Origin: an uncultured Candidatus Saccharibacteria bacterium
Lineage (GTDB): Bacteria; Patescibacteriota; UBA1384; 2-12-FULL-50-11; DASWYB01
Assembly (NCBI GenBank): GCA_964372935.1
Contig: CAYJRF010000001.1
Coordinates: 8,993 to 72,992, forward strand
Reading direction: 5' to 3'
Length of the DNA stretch: 64,000 nt
In this document: in pieces, positions 1 through 10,062 of the stretch
How positions within the stretch are numbered: position 1 is the stretch's first letter
Layout of the letters: each line of letters opens with the position of its first letter
Position numbers and translations under genes: made by a program
The notes under the pieces: model-generated
Seen by the model: only the letters and a program-made list of their open reading frames with translations
The model's database searches: none
Told to the model about the DNA's origin: nothing

Positions 1-330
1 TTCGGCCGAACAGGCCAAGAAGGAGCACCAAAACTCAATGACCAGTGGCGGGTATCGTTTCGCGCTGCGGAGGATAGAGAACAGATTGGCCGGCGAATCT
101 GGTTGAGCAGGTCTGTCTTCCATCCTCCGCGGTCGCGGGACTCCCAAGATCCGCACTGTTGTTCTTTTTATCTCCACAGTCGGTCTTTGCCAAACGTCCG
201 CGTTTGGTAAACAACGCCGAGATTAGGTCTTCCCGCCGAGAATAAGCTTCTTTTGGGATCAGATCTGATTTCTGGAGGGGCACATGCCTGCTACTGGCCC
301 GAGTTTGGGTGAGACGACGAAACTGAAAAA

Positions 331-1221
331 ATGAGATCCCACATGCGTCACATTCCGGTTCTGGTTGATGAAGTGCTCGAGGTGCTGGCGCCGCGTCCCA
401 AAGCGGTGTTACTAGACGCCACGCTGGGGGATGGCGGACACGCTCAAGCTTGGCTGGAAGCCACCCAACCCCTTGGTCGCGTTTGGGGGGTGGAGCAAGA
501 TTATCAACAGCTGGTCGTGGCGAAAGCCAACCTGGCCTCCTTCGGTGGCCGAGTGGATGTCAGCCATGGACGGTTTGGCGATTTGGCCAAGTTGGCGGAC
601 AGCCTGGGTTTGAAAAAGTTTGACGCAGCTCTGTTTGACTTGGGAGTGTCTTCGCGCCAACTGGCTGATCTAAAGTACGGCTTAACGTTTGACGATGCCG
701 CGCCCCTTGACATGCGATTAGCCGGCCAAACGACCACCGCGGCCGATTTTCTCAACCAGACGGGCGAAAAGACGCTTGCCGACGCCCTGTATCGCTTCGG
801 TGATCGTCACGACAGTCGACGCCTGGCCCAAAAAATTGTCGTGGCGCGGCGCAACCAGCCCTTTAGAGTGGCTGGCGACCTGAAACGGGCGCTGAAAATA
901 TGTCGGCCAAACGAGCTCGCGCCAATCTTCCAGGCCTTGCGTATTTGGGTCAACGACGAGGCCGGTCAACTGGCAGGGGCGTTGCCTCAAGCGGTCGAAC
1001 TGCTTCGTCCGGGAGGACGGTTGGCGGTGATTTCGTTTCATTCGGGCGAAGATCGCGCGGTGAAACATTTTCTGGCCGCGGCTCCGGAGATCGAATCGCC
1101 CAAGGGCGTGATTCGTCCCACGTTGGATGAAATTCGGGCCAACCCCCGCGCCCGGAGCGCCAAATTGCGTTGGGGGGAGAAAGTCTCACGTTCTACCGCG
1201 AGGTCTGGCGAGTTCAATTGA
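331..1221 (+). CDS. rsmH: 16S rRNA (cytosine1402-N4)-methyltransferase RsmH/MraW
   Basis: N-terminal HIPVLVDEVL... and DATLGDGGH SAM-binding motif; sits at the head of the dcw cluster directly upstream of ftsL/ftsI. Confidence 0.9.
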   Translation: MRSHMRHIPVLVDEVLEVLAPRPKAVLLDATLGDGGHAQAWLEATQPLGRVWGVEQDYQQLVVAKANLASFGGRVDVSHGRFGDLAKLADSLGLKKFDAALFDLGVSSRQLADLKYGLTFDDAAPLDMRLAGQTTTAADFLNQTGEKTLADALYRFGDRHDSRRLAQKIVVARRNQPFRVAGDLKRALKICRPNELAPIFQALRIWVNDEAGQLAGALPQAVELLRPGGRLAVISFHSGEDRAVKHFLAAAPEIESPKGVIRPTLDEIRANPRARSAKLRWGEKVSRSTARSGEFN

Positions 1222-1254
1222 CGCCAAAAATCGCGAAAGCCCGGGAGGCATCAT

Positions 1255-1575
1255 ATGATACCCGTGAGTTATAATCAGCGTCTACTCGGCTATAAACCGA
1301 GCAAACGTTTGGGAAATCTTGGATTCATCACCAGTCGGCTGGCTGGGTTTGTTTTGTTGGCGTCGCTGGCTTTGCTGTATATCGCCCAGTCAAGTCAAGG
1401 AGCGGCCAAGCGGATAGAAGTTCAGTCGCTGCGAACGCAAGCCGAAAATTTGGTCACTCAAGAAGATCAGTTGCGATTAGAGGCGTTGCGTCTCCAGTCG
1501 CTCGACACGATTTCTCAAGCCATCGATCCCCTTGGCTTACAGGCGGTAACCGACGTCGAGGACTCGCGCCCTTAA
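1255..1575 (+). CDS. ftsL: FtsL-like small bitopic cell-division protein
   Basis: 106 aa with one N-terminal TM helix followed by a coiled-coil-like tail; lies between rsmH and ftsI, the conserved FtsL position. Confidence 0.6.
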   Translation: MIPVSYNQRLLGYKPSKRLGNLGFITSRLAGFVLLASLALLYIAQSSQGAAKRIEVQSLRTQAENLVTQEDQLRLEALRLQSLDTISQAIDPLGLQAVTDVEDSRP

Positions 1576-1581
1576 ATATGT

Positions 1582-3288
1582 ATGAATTCAAAGGAGTGGC
1601 AACAACGGCTGGGGTTTGTTTTCACTGTCAACGTCCTAGTTTTTGTGAGTGTGGTTAGTGGGTTGTATCAAAAGTCGGTAATCGATCATCCGCAGATTCT
1701 AGGTGAGGCCGAGAAACAATACGCTTATCGAAAAACTACCGCCGGAGAACGGGGCGAGGTTGTTGTTGCCGACTCCGACAAAAACTACTTTCCTCTGGCG
1801 ACCAATGAGTGGCGTTATCAGGCGTTAGTGATTCCGAATCGTTTGGCTGATCCCTCCGCCGCCGCCACAGCTCTCGCGCCGGTGCTGGGGCTTGGTCGGA
1901 TGGATATTTTTAACAAAATTAATAATAAAAAACCGTATATTCCGCCCCTGAAGCGCCGCTTAACATTGCCCGAGGCCGATCAAGTCGCCGCCCTTCGGCT
2001 CGACGGAGTTCTTCTAATTCCCGAGCTGGTGCGCTATTATCCGGAACAGGCGACGGCGGCCCATGTTTTGGGGTTTGTGAATTACGACGGCAACGGCAGC
2101 TATGGCGTCGAGGGCGCCTACGACGCGATTATGAAAGGGGCATCGGGTTATCTTGTGGGCGAAAAAGACAACCAAGGGCGTCCGATAAGTTTGGGCGAAG
2201 AAATTAAAGCCAAAAAAGGGGCGAGCTTGGTGTTGACGATTGACCGGCCAATTCAGGAGTTTGTCGAAAAATCGCTCGCTGACGCCGTAAAGGAATTCGA
2301 GGCCGACGGCGGCACGGCGATTGTGATGCAGCCTTCGACCGGCGACATTGTCGCGCTAAGTAATGTTCCGAATTTTAACCCGAACACTTTCAACAGCGTT
2401 GGGACCGATCAGCAAGGGGTGTTTCTTAATCCGGCAGTTTCGGCTGTATGGGAACCCGGGTCAATCGTCAAGCCGCTTATTATGGCCCTGGCGATAGAAA
2501 AAAAATTGTTCGAACCAGACACTAAAGGCGTCTTTGGGGCGTCGGTCCAAGTTCTCAATCACGTCATCTGGACCGCCGAAAAAAAGGCTTTCGGGGAAGA
2601 AACGATGACCCAAGTGCTGGAGAATTCCGACAATGTCGCCATGGTGTCGGTGGGCGACAAGCTGGGCAACGAGGCGGAATATGCCGGACTAAAACAATTC
2701 GGTTTTGGCAATGTCCCAAAACTCAAGCTTCAGGGTGTCATCTCGGGGGTTCTCCCGCCGGTCAAGAATTGGAACGATTTAACTCGGGCCACGCTGACTT
2801 TTGGTCAAGGGATGTCGGCCACGCCGCTCCAGATGATTATGGCCTACAGCGCGTTGGCCAATAAAGGGGTAATGATGCAACCGCGCTTAGTCTCGCGGAT
2901 TGTCGACGATAAAGGCGACTTGGCGGTTACGGCTCCGAGGGAAGTTGGTCGGGCGGTGAGCGAAGAAACGAGTCGAAAAGTTATCGGCATGCTCGAATCG
3001 GTGGTTATCAACGGCCATGGCAAGCGGGCGGCGGTTCCGGGTTATCGAATCGGCGGGAAAACTGGCACGGCGCAAGTCGCGAATCCAGCCGGAGGATACT
3101 TTGACGATCGTCATATCGGCTCGTTTGTCGGTTTTTTTCCGGCATCGGACCCTCAATACTCGGTGCTGGTAAAGCTCGACAACCCCAAAACTGTTCGGTT
3201 TGCCGAATCATCGGCGGCCCCGACGTTCGGTAAAATCGCCGCCTGGATACTCCACCAAAAGCAGATTAAGCCCGACAAGGTTCAATAG
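1582..3288 (+). CDS. ftsI: Class B penicillin-binding protein FtsI (transpeptidase)
   Basis: SIVK (SxxK), SDN and KTGT transpeptidase motifs; N-terminal TM; dcw synteny. Confidence 0.9.
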   Translation: MNSKEWQQRLGFVFTVNVLVFVSVVSGLYQKSVIDHPQILGEAEKQYAYRKTTAGERGEVVVADSDKNYFPLATNEWRYQALVIPNRLADPSAAATALAPVLGLGRMDIFNKINNKKPYIPPLKRRLTLPEADQVAALRLDGVLLIPELVRYYPEQATAAHVLGFVNYDGNGSYGVEGAYDAIMKGASGYLVGEKDNQGRPISLGEEIKAKKGASLVLTIDRPIQEFVEKSLADAVKEFEADGGTAIVMQPSTGDIVALSNVPNFNPNTFNSVGTDQQGVFLNPAVSAVWEPGSIVKPLIMALAIEKKLFEPDTKGVFGASVQVLNHVIWTAEKKAFGEETMTQVLENSDNVAMVSVGDKLGNEAEYAGLKQFGFGNVPKLKLQGVISGVLPPVKNWNDLTRATLTFGQGMSATPLQMIMAYSALANKGVMMQPRLVSRIVDDKGDLAVTAPREVGRAVSEETSRKVIGMLESVVINGHGKRAAVPGYRIGGKTGTAQVANPAGGYFDDRHIGSFVGFFPASDPQYSVLVKLDNPKTVRFAESSAAPTFGKIAAWILHQKQIKPDKVQ

Positions 3289-3320
3289 ACAAACCAGTCG
3301 GCTATGTTACACTGGGAACG

Positions 3321-4553
3321 ATGAAATCACCGCTCGCCAAATTGATCGCGGCAGTGCTGTATTGGGAAGCGATGTTTTTTCGCTCTCGCTACCGTGGGCC
3401 GGTGGTAACAATCTCCGGCAGTGTGGGCAAAACCAGTGTCAAGGAGGCGATCGGCCAGATGACACGACGCGCTTATGGCGAGTTCAGTCTCGTAACTCCC
3501 AAAAGTCTCAACACCGAGTTCGGCGTCCCCCTGACTTTGCTGGGATTTCAAAAAACACCCCACGGATTTGGTTGGCTGACGGCGATATTTCGGGGACTAT
3601 TGACCGCTTTTTTGGGCGCTTCTCCCAAGTGCATTGTGCTGGAACTGGGCGCTGACCGACCGGGCGACATGGCCTATTTAGGACGATTGGCGCGGCCGAC
3701 GCACGCCGTGATTACGAGCGCGAGCGAAGCCCATTCGGCGAATTTTTCGAGCGTCGCGGCCATGAAAGACGAGGAAGCCGCGATCACGCGATTTGTTGGC
3801 CTTGATGGCGTTGTGGTGGTTAACGCCGACGATCTTTTTTTGGCCAAGCTTTCCGTCGCGCCCGGTCAGACAAAGGTAACTTGCCGCCTTCACGTCCACG
3901 CCGATTATTTCGCTTCCGGTACGCGAGTAACGCTCGACGGCACGGCGGCGGTAATTCACCACCGGAACCGTACCCAGCGGGTGCAAGTGTCGCGCTATGG
4001 CGAGCATCAAATATACAGCGTGCTGTTCGCGGCGGCCATCGGCGACGCCTTGGGTATTTCCCGCGATATTCAGGTGGAAACCTTCAAGGGCTTAAAACCG
4101 GTCGCCGGTCGCGGCGCTCTCTTGCCCGGACTCAAGAACAGTTGGATTATTGACGAGTCTTATAACGCCCAGCCGGAAGCGATGCGTTTGGCGCTCCAAC
4201 TTTTGGGTCAGATGCCTGGGCGTAAACGAGTCGCCGTGCTGGGGGATATGCGCGAGCTAAAAACTCCCGAGCCGGTTCACCGCGCGATTGGGGCGATGGC
4301 CCGTCAGGTGTCGGATGTTGTCATCGGGATCGGGCCGCTGGCGCGCAGTTACAAAGCCGATTCCTGGTTTTTAACGGCCCAAGAAGCGGCGCCGGCGGTG
4401 TTGAGCCAGCTGGGGGACGGTGTTATAGTTCTGGTTAAAGGTTCGCAAAACACGATTAGGCTCGAACGGCTGGTGAAAGCGATCATGCGTCAACCCGAGC
4501 GAGCTAACGACCTCCTTGTTCGGCAGGAAAAGGAGTGGCAAAAAATCCCTTAG
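3321..4553 (+). CDS. murF: Mur ligase family protein, probably UDP-MurNAc-tripeptide--D-Ala-D-Ala ligase MurF
   Basis: Intact P-loop ISGSVGKTS; Mur ligase middle/C-terminal features; lies between ftsI and mraY where murE/murF sit. Confidence 0.7.
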   Translation: MKSPLAKLIAAVLYWEAMFFRSRYRGPVVTISGSVGKTSVKEAIGQMTRRAYGEFSLVTPKSLNTEFGVPLTLLGFQKTPHGFGWLTAIFRGLLTAFLGASPKCIVLELGADRPGDMAYLGRLARPTHAVITSASEAHSANFSSVAAMKDEEAAITRFVGLDGVVVVNADDLFLAKLSVAPGQTKVTCRLHVHADYFASGTRVTLDGTAAVIHHRNRTQRVQVSRYGEHQIYSVLFAAAIGDALGISRDIQVETFKGLKPVAGRGALLPGLKNSWIIDESYNAQPEAMRLALQLLGQMPGRKRVAVLGDMRELKTPEPVHRAIGAMARQVSDVVIGIGPLARSYKADSWFLTAQEAAPAVLSQLGDGVIVLVKGSQNTIRLERLVKAIMRQPERANDLLVRQEKEWQKIP

Positions 4554-4561
4554 CCGCGCCA

Positions 4562-5584
4562 ATGGAAACTTTATCAATTTACATCAGCGATCTCAAGTTT
4601 GTGTTTCTGTTAACGAGTCTAAGCTTTGTTGTCGCCATGCTTTGGACTCCGCTGTTCACCAATTTTTTGTTTAAGAACCGTTTAGGCAAGAGAATTAGGC
4701 AAACGGGATTTGACGCCAAAGCGGCCCCGATTTTCTTTCGTCTGCATAAGGGCAAGATGAACACCCCCACCATGGGCGGGTTGTTGATCTGGATCACGGT
4801 GGCCGTCATCACCCTCGTCTTCAATCTCAACCGCGCCGGCACATGGCTGCCGCTGTTCGTGTTGACGGCAACCGGAGTGATTGGGGCAATTGACGATTTA
4901 ATGAATATTTATGGCGTCGGTCCGCATAACGGCGGAATGCAGTTCAAGTTACGGCTCCTGCTGTACGTCTCAATCGCATCGGTTGGGGCGTGGTGGTTTT
5001 ACTACAAACTCGGATTTAGTATTTTTCATCTCCCGGGCATCGGTAATCTCGATCTTGGAATACTCTACCTGCCGTTATTTGTTGCCGTCTTAGTCTGGAC
5101 GGCGTTTTCAGCCAACCAAACCGACGGTCTGGACGGCCTTGCCGGTGGCGTCATGGCGATATCTTATGTGGCGTACGCTTTTATCGCTCTCTCGGAAGGT
5201 AAAGTCGAACTGGCGGCATTTTGCGGCTCGATTGTGGGCGCGACGCTGGCGTTCTTGTGGTTTAATATTTATCCGGCGCGATTTTTTATGGGCGACACCG
5301 GCATCATGCCACTGGGCATGACGCTGGGCGTGATCGCCTTTCTCACCAACAGCGTATTTGTCTTGCCGGTGATCGGGATTATTTTGATGGTCGAAGGGTT
5401 AAGCACGGTGATCCAACTCACCTCAAAAAAACTTTACCACCAAAAGGTCTTTCTGTCGGCGCCGATTCATCATCATTTCGAGGCTTTGGGCTGGCCGGAG
5501 ACCAAAGTTACGGCTCGATTTTGGATAATTTCGGCCGTGTTCGCGGTGATTGGTCTCATAGTGGCGCTTATCGGCAAAGGATAG
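4562..5584 (+). CDS. mraY: Phospho-N-acetylmuramoyl-pentapeptide transferase MraY
   Basis: Polytopic membrane protein matching the MraY family pattern (DD and HHH motifs); dcw synteny. Start taken at ATG 4562 (METLS...); the computed ORF starts earlier at 4535. Confidence 0.9.
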   Translation: METLSIYISDLKFVFLLTSLSFVVAMLWTPLFTNFLFKNRLGKRIRQTGFDAKAAPIFFRLHKGKMNTPTMGGLLIWITVAVITLVFNLNRAGTWLPLFVLTATGVIGAIDDLMNIYGVGPHNGGMQFKLRLLLYVSIASVGAWWFYYKLGFSIFHLPGIGNLDLGILYLPLFVAVLVWTAFSANQTDGLDGLAGGVMAISYVAYAFIALSEGKVELAAFCGSIVGATLAFLWFNIYPARFFMGDTGIMPLGMTLGVIAFLTNSVFVLPVIGIILMVEGLSTVIQLTSKKLYHQKVFLSAPIHHHFEALGWPETKVTARFWIISAVFAVIGLIVALIGKG

Positions 5585-5630
5585 TCGATTGTGGTTCTGG
5601 CCAAAATTTCCTGCTATACTTGACAGTGTT

Positions 5631-6338
5631 ATGCCGACAACCTTAGTTATCCCTCATCATGTTGGTTTTATTCTCGACGGCAATCGTCGCTTTGCCAAAC
5701 TGAAGGGGTTAAAACCGTGGCGCGGGCACGAGTATGGGCGCGAAACTGTCCGCCGCCTTGTGGGGTGGTGTCGAGAGTTTGGGGTTATCGAGCTGACACT
5801 GTATACATTTTCGATCCAAAATTTTTACCGCCCGGCGCGCGAAGTCAAAAAACTCATGGAACTGATTGAGCAAGAGCTGGATATCCTTGCCAGCGACCCC
5901 AAAGTGGCGGAGAATGGCGTGCGTATTAGAGTAATCGGTAAAGTTGATCTTTTGCCCGAACCGGTTCAGCGAGCGGTTGAGCGAGTCGAGACGGCGACGG
6001 CCGGTAACGACACCTTCTTTCTTAATTTTTGTATTGCGTACGGCGGCCGAGAAGAAATCCTTGAAGCGGTCCGAAAAATCGTTGCCAAAGTTAAAGCGAA
6101 AGTTATTGACGTCAAGGACGTTACTTTGGAAATGTTTGAATCGCACCTTGCCCTTCCTTCCGAACCGGATCTGATTATCCGTACCGGCGGAGAGCGACGG
6201 ACGAGTAATTTTTTGCCCTGGCAATCGAGTTATAGCGAATGGTTTTTCATTAAAAAATTGTTGCCGGAATTTCAACGCGAAGATCTTCGCGACATTTTGC
6301 GCCAGTTCGCGAGACGCGAGAGACGTTTCGGTCGATAG
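5631..6338 (+). CDS. uppS: Undecaprenyl-diphosphate synthase (cis-prenyltransferase) UppS
   Basis: HVGFILDGNRRFA motif and C-terminal RTGGERRTSNFLPWQ motif typical of UppS; start chosen at ATG 5631. Confidence 0.85.
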   Translation: MPTTLVIPHHVGFILDGNRRFAKLKGLKPWRGHEYGRETVRRLVGWCREFGVIELTLYTFSIQNFYRPAREVKKLMELIEQELDILASDPKVAENGVRIRVIGKVDLLPEPVQRAVERVETATAGNDTFFLNFCIAYGGREEILEAVRKIVAKVKAKVIDVKDVTLEMFESHLALPSEPDLIIRTGGERRTSNFLPWQSSYSEWFFIKKLLPEFQREDLRDILRQFARRERRFGR

Positions 6339-6386
6339 TCTGTCCAAAGGGGAGGGCGTGGGAGGGGTGTGATATGATGGCCTAAG

Positions 6387-7508
6387 ATGCCACTCGACCG
6401 TTTTCGCATCCACCGACTTTTGCCGGATTACGTGTATTTTAGTCTCGTTCTGGGGCTGTGTTTGTTTGGCTTGATCATGATTTCTTCCAGTTCGGCAGTA
6501 CTGTCAGTCGAAACGTACAGTCTAAGCTACGCCATTACCGTCAAACAGGCCGTAACCCTTGTTTTTGGCCTGATGGCGATGTCGGTCATCAGTCGTCTCG
6601 ATTATCACAAATGGCGGCCGTATGCCGCTTGGATGTTTGCCCTAAGCCTGGTCCTGTTGCTGGCGGTCTTTATTCCGGGTTTGGGAAAGACCGCGAACGG
6701 CGCGGCCCGTTGGATCGACCTCGGCGCGTTTCAAATTCAGCCGTCGGAGATACTCAAACTGACTGGGGTGATCTATTTTGCCGCTTGGCTGGAAGCCAAA
6801 GGTTCGGGGGTAAAATCTTTTCGCCACGGTCTGTTGCCGTTACTGCTGTTGTTATTGCCAATAGTCGTGTTAATGATGTGGCAGAGAGATCTGGGGACGT
6901 TGCTGGTGATGGTCGTGACGGCGATAGCGATGATTTTTGTTGCCGGTGGGACGATCAGTCATATCATCGCGAGCTGCGGGGCGGGATTGTCCCTCATCAC
7001 GGGTTTGATTTTAATTGAACCTTATCGCCTCAACCGCCTGACGACGTACCTTAATCCCACGGCCGACAAACTTGGCCTGGGTTATCATATTAATCAGTCA
7101 CTTATCGCCATCGGCTCGGGCGGGTTACTGGGACGCGGGTTCGGTCGCAGTCTCCAGAAATACCTCTATCTTCCCGAACCGCACACTGATTCGATTTTTG
7201 CCATTATTGTTGAGGAGCTGGGATTTTTTCGGACCCTAATTGTGCTAGCGGTTGTCGCGTTATTGATTTGGCGGGGCTATCGCATTGCGTTTCAGGCCGG
7301 CGATGATTTTGGCCGAATGATGGCGTTCGGCATCACAACTTGGTTCGCCTGTCAGTTCGCCATCAACATCAGCGCCATACTCGGGTTGGTGCCGTTAACG
7401 GGGGTAACATTGCCGTTTGTGAGTTATGGTGGCACGTCGCTGATTATGTCGCTTTGCGCCGCTGGCGTGGTGTTGAGCGTGTCGCGCTACGGATTTGGCA
7501 AGGCCTGA
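6387..7508 (+). CDS. ftsW: SEDS-family peptidoglycan polymerase FtsW
   Basis: About 10 TM helices and conserved SEDS segments (PEPHTDSIFA, VPLTGVTLPFVSYGG); location inside the dcw cluster. Confidence 0.85.
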   Translation: MPLDRFRIHRLLPDYVYFSLVLGLCLFGLIMISSSSAVLSVETYSLSYAITVKQAVTLVFGLMAMSVISRLDYHKWRPYAAWMFALSLVLLLAVFIPGLGKTANGAARWIDLGAFQIQPSEILKLTGVIYFAAWLEAKGSGVKSFRHGLLPLLLLLLPIVVLMMWQRDLGTLLVMVVTAIAMIFVAGGTISHIIASCGAGLSLITGLILIEPYRLNRLTTYLNPTADKLGLGYHINQSLIAIGSGGLLGRGFGRSLQKYLYLPEPHTDSIFAIIVEELGFFRTLIVLAVVALLIWRGYRIAFQAGDDFGRMMAFGITTWFACQFAINISAILGLVPLTGVTLPFVSYGGTSLIMSLCAAGVVLSVSRYGFGKA

Positions 7509-8634
7509 CGCGATGAGCCAGGTTTCTCAACGTGAACCGGCCGCGCGATTAATTTGGCTGGTGGGTGGTGGAACCGGAGGACATGTGATGCCCCTTTTGG
7601 CGGTGGCGGAAATTCTACGGCGCGACCCGAGAATTAAACTCCAGTTTATCGGCACCGCCGAGGGACCGGAGGTCGATTTAGCCCACGCCGCCGGTATTCC
7701 GTTTACGGCAATTCCCGCCGGCAAGTTGCGTCGGTACCTTACGCTTGAAAGCGTGGTGTTAAACGTGCGTGACTTGGCGCGTTTGGCTCGCGGCGTCTTC
7801 GTGGCGCGGAGACTGGTCCTTAAGCGAAGACCGGCAATAATTTTTACTAAAGGCGGGCCAGTCGCGCTACCGGCGGCGGTGGCGGCCTGGTGGACAAAAA
7901 CGCCATTGGTGATTCACGAATCCGACGCCGTGATGGGGGTGGCGAATCGGATTGTTGCCGGCGTTGCCAAACAGGTTTTTACGGCTTTTCCGGCGTCAGT
8001 CTATCCGCCGTCTCTGGCAAAAAAAATCATTCCCGTCGGCGTCCCTTTGAGGCGCGATTTTGGACGCCAGTCTCGCGTTCCCAAAAGTCGGCGGCCAATG
8101 GTTCTGATAACCGGCGGCAGTCAAGGGGCGGCGGCGATTAATCGGGCTATCGGCGCAATTTTGCCCCGCCTGCTCAATCGAGTGGCGGTGATGCACATCA
8201 CTGGCGCGGCGTCGTATCCAACGATGTTGCGGCTCAAAGAAGAGTTGCCGCCGCGTTTGGCGGAACATTACGGCGTGGTTGATTTTGCGAGCAATATTGC
8301 CGATTATATGCGCGAAGCCACGCTGGTAGTGTCTCGCGCCAGCTCGACGATCTTCGAGATCGCTACCCTTGGGAAGCCGATGATCCTGATTCCATTGCCT
8401 TCGTCGGCCAATGATCATCAAGTGAGAAACGCTGAAATATTCGTGGAAAATCGCGCCGCCTTAATGTTGCGACAGGAGAATTTGACGCCCGAACGGTTGT
8501 ATGAGACGATCAGCGAACTCCTCGGGGACTCGGTTTTGAGGAGACAGCTGGAGGAGGGGACGCGAGTATTTGGAAGCCGCGGGGCTGCCCAAGAGGTAGC
8601 CTCGTCGCTTAAACGGACAATTTTGATGGTATGA
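7495..8634 (+). CDS. murG: Undecaprenyldiphospho-muramoylpentapeptide beta-N-acetylglucosaminyltransferase MurG
   Basis: LVGGGTGGHVMP N-terminal motif and GT28 C-terminal domain; dcw synteny. Confidence 0.9.
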   Translation: MARPDAMSQVSQREPAARLIWLVGGGTGGHVMPLLAVAEILRRDPRIKLQFIGTAEGPEVDLAHAAGIPFTAIPAGKLRRYLTLESVVLNVRDLARLARGVFVARRLVLKRRPAIIFTKGGPVALPAAVAAWWTKTPLVIHESDAVMGVANRIVAGVAKQVFTAFPASVYPPSLAKKIIPVGVPLRRDFGRQSRVPKSRRPMVLITGGSQGAAAINRAIGAILPRLLNRVAVMHITGAASYPTMLRLKEELPPRLAEHYGVVDFASNIADYMREATLVVSRASSTIFEIATLGKPMILIPLPSSANDHQVRNAEIFVENRAALMLRQENLTPERLYETISELLGDSVLRRQLEEGTRVFGSRGAAQEVASSLKRTILMV

Positions 8635-10055
8635 CTTCTCCTCCCCACTCGCTTCACTTCATCGGCGTTCTTACGCCGGAAATGGCAAGTCTGGCCAGCT
8701 ACGCTCTCAAATCTGGGGCGTCGGCCAGCGGTTCTGACGACCATCGCGACTCGCTCTATTTGTCTTCGTTACTCGCGGCCGGACTGCGTTTTTGCGACAC
8801 GTTTAATCAGCATAATATTGCCTCAACAACCCAGGGCGTGGTGATTTCGCGCTATTATGACGCTCGCCACCCCGAATATCTGGCGGCGGCGAAGGCAAAA
8901 ATTCCGCTGATGACCGAGGCGGAGTACGGGCGGCAAATTACTCAAAACAGTCGCCGAGTGGCAGTTTTAGGTGAGTACGAGGGGCCGTTGGTGGCGACAT
9001 GGTTGCATCATGTTTGGCGCCAAGCTCATGTTTCGGTCCAAGCGTTGACTCATTCGGTGACGGAGAGTGATGATGGTTTGGCGTATCCGTCGGAAAGCGA
9101 GTGGTTTGTCGTGCCGTTTTCGGGCTTTAAACGCGACGCGACGGTATACGAGGCCGATTTTTTGTCAGCCGACGCCGAAATCGTCATCATGCCAAGCATC
9201 CGTTACGACTACCCGGAAATATATATGACGCTCGACGATGTTTATCACGCTTATTACACCTTTGCCCGACGAGTGCCGCGCCGCGGGTTAATAGTTGGTG
9301 ATAGCGACTACGCTCGAATGAAACGTTTGCGCACTCACTTGGTTGACCGGCATATCGAAACTTACGGGTTTGACCGCGATGCCGGCTGGCAGATTCGAGA
9401 TGTTGAAGAATCGGCCAACGAGGCGTCGTTTTCTCTCCTAAAAGGCAACCAGCTCTACGGGCCGTTTACCATCCCCTGTCACGGCCGCTGTTTTATCGCC
9501 GCGGCGGCGGCGGTGAGCGTGGTATCGCTCATGCTCGAGCTTAGTCCGGCAATCATCGCCCGCGGTCTGGCAACCGTGCCACGACTAAAACGATTCGGTT
9601 CAACCTACACCGACAGGGAGGGACGAGTCATCATTGACGACCGAGCCGATCACCCCGAAACGATTGAGGCGATTTTGACTTATTGCCGTCAAACATATCC
9701 ATCAAAAAAAATTTGGTGCTTGTACCAACCGGGATCTTTTTTAAGAACTAAAGCGGAAAACGACGGCCTGCAAAAGGCCCTGGGCTTGGCCGACAACATT
9801 TTTATCGCCGATATTAAGGGCTATCCGAAAGAAAAGTCGGAAGGTTTGCACGCCCGTCATTTTGTGGCCGAGTTCCGTCGGAAGCATCCCACAACTTACT
9901 ATCTTGAACCGGAATCGGACGTCAGTCGCTTGCTGTCCGATCGGGTTCCCCGTGATGATTGCATCGTCATACTGGGGGCGGACGGTCTGTTCGATCGCGC
10001 GGCGCGGCCGTTAATTAGGAGCGTTGCCAGCCAACCGGCTGGGTTGTCTTCGTAA
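8631..10055 (+). CDS. MurC-like Mur ligase homologue with degenerate nucleotide-binding motifs
   Basis: N-terminus LHFIGV...SGSD aligns to the MurC HFIGIGGxGMSGIA...SGSD Rossmann segment, but the glycines are replaced (LTPEMASLA). The position of the GTxGKTTT P-loop reads AVLGEYEGPLVAT. It lies between murG and murB, the canonical murC slot. Confidence 0.55.
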   Translation: MTSPPHSLHFIGVLTPEMASLASYALKSGASASGSDDHRDSLYLSSLLAAGLRFCDTFNQHNIASTTQGVVISRYYDARHPEYLAAAKAKIPLMTEAEYGRQITQNSRRVAVLGEYEGPLVATWLHHVWRQAHVSVQALTHSVTESDDGLAYPSESEWFVVPFSGFKRDATVYEADFLSADAEIVIMPSIRYDYPEIYMTLDDVYHAYYTFARRVPRRGLIVGDSDYARMKRLRTHLVDRHIETYGFDRDAGWQIRDVEESANEASFSLLKGNQLYGPFTIPCHGRCFIAAAAAVSVVSLMLELSPAIIARGLATVPRLKRFGSTYTDREGRVIIDDRADHPETIEAILTYCRQTYPSKKIWCLYQPGSFLRTKAENDGLQKALGLADNIFIADIKGYPKEKSEGLHARHFVAEFRRKHPTTYYLEPESDVSRLLSDRVPRDDCIVILGADGLFDRAARPLIRSVASQPAGLSS

Positions 10056-10062
10056 CGCCATC

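Noticed and set aside
35-283. 82-aa minus-strand ORF upstream of rsmH, and the possibility that a partial mraZ lies at the window start
   Set aside because: No MraZ-like motifs in any frame of bases 1-330. The ORF is antisense to the expected mraZ/rsmH promoter region and has no RBS, so it is treated as spurious.
5709-6413. 234-aa minus-strand ORF
   Set aside because: Entirely antisense to uppS, which has clear family motifs; a typical GC-rich shadow ORF.
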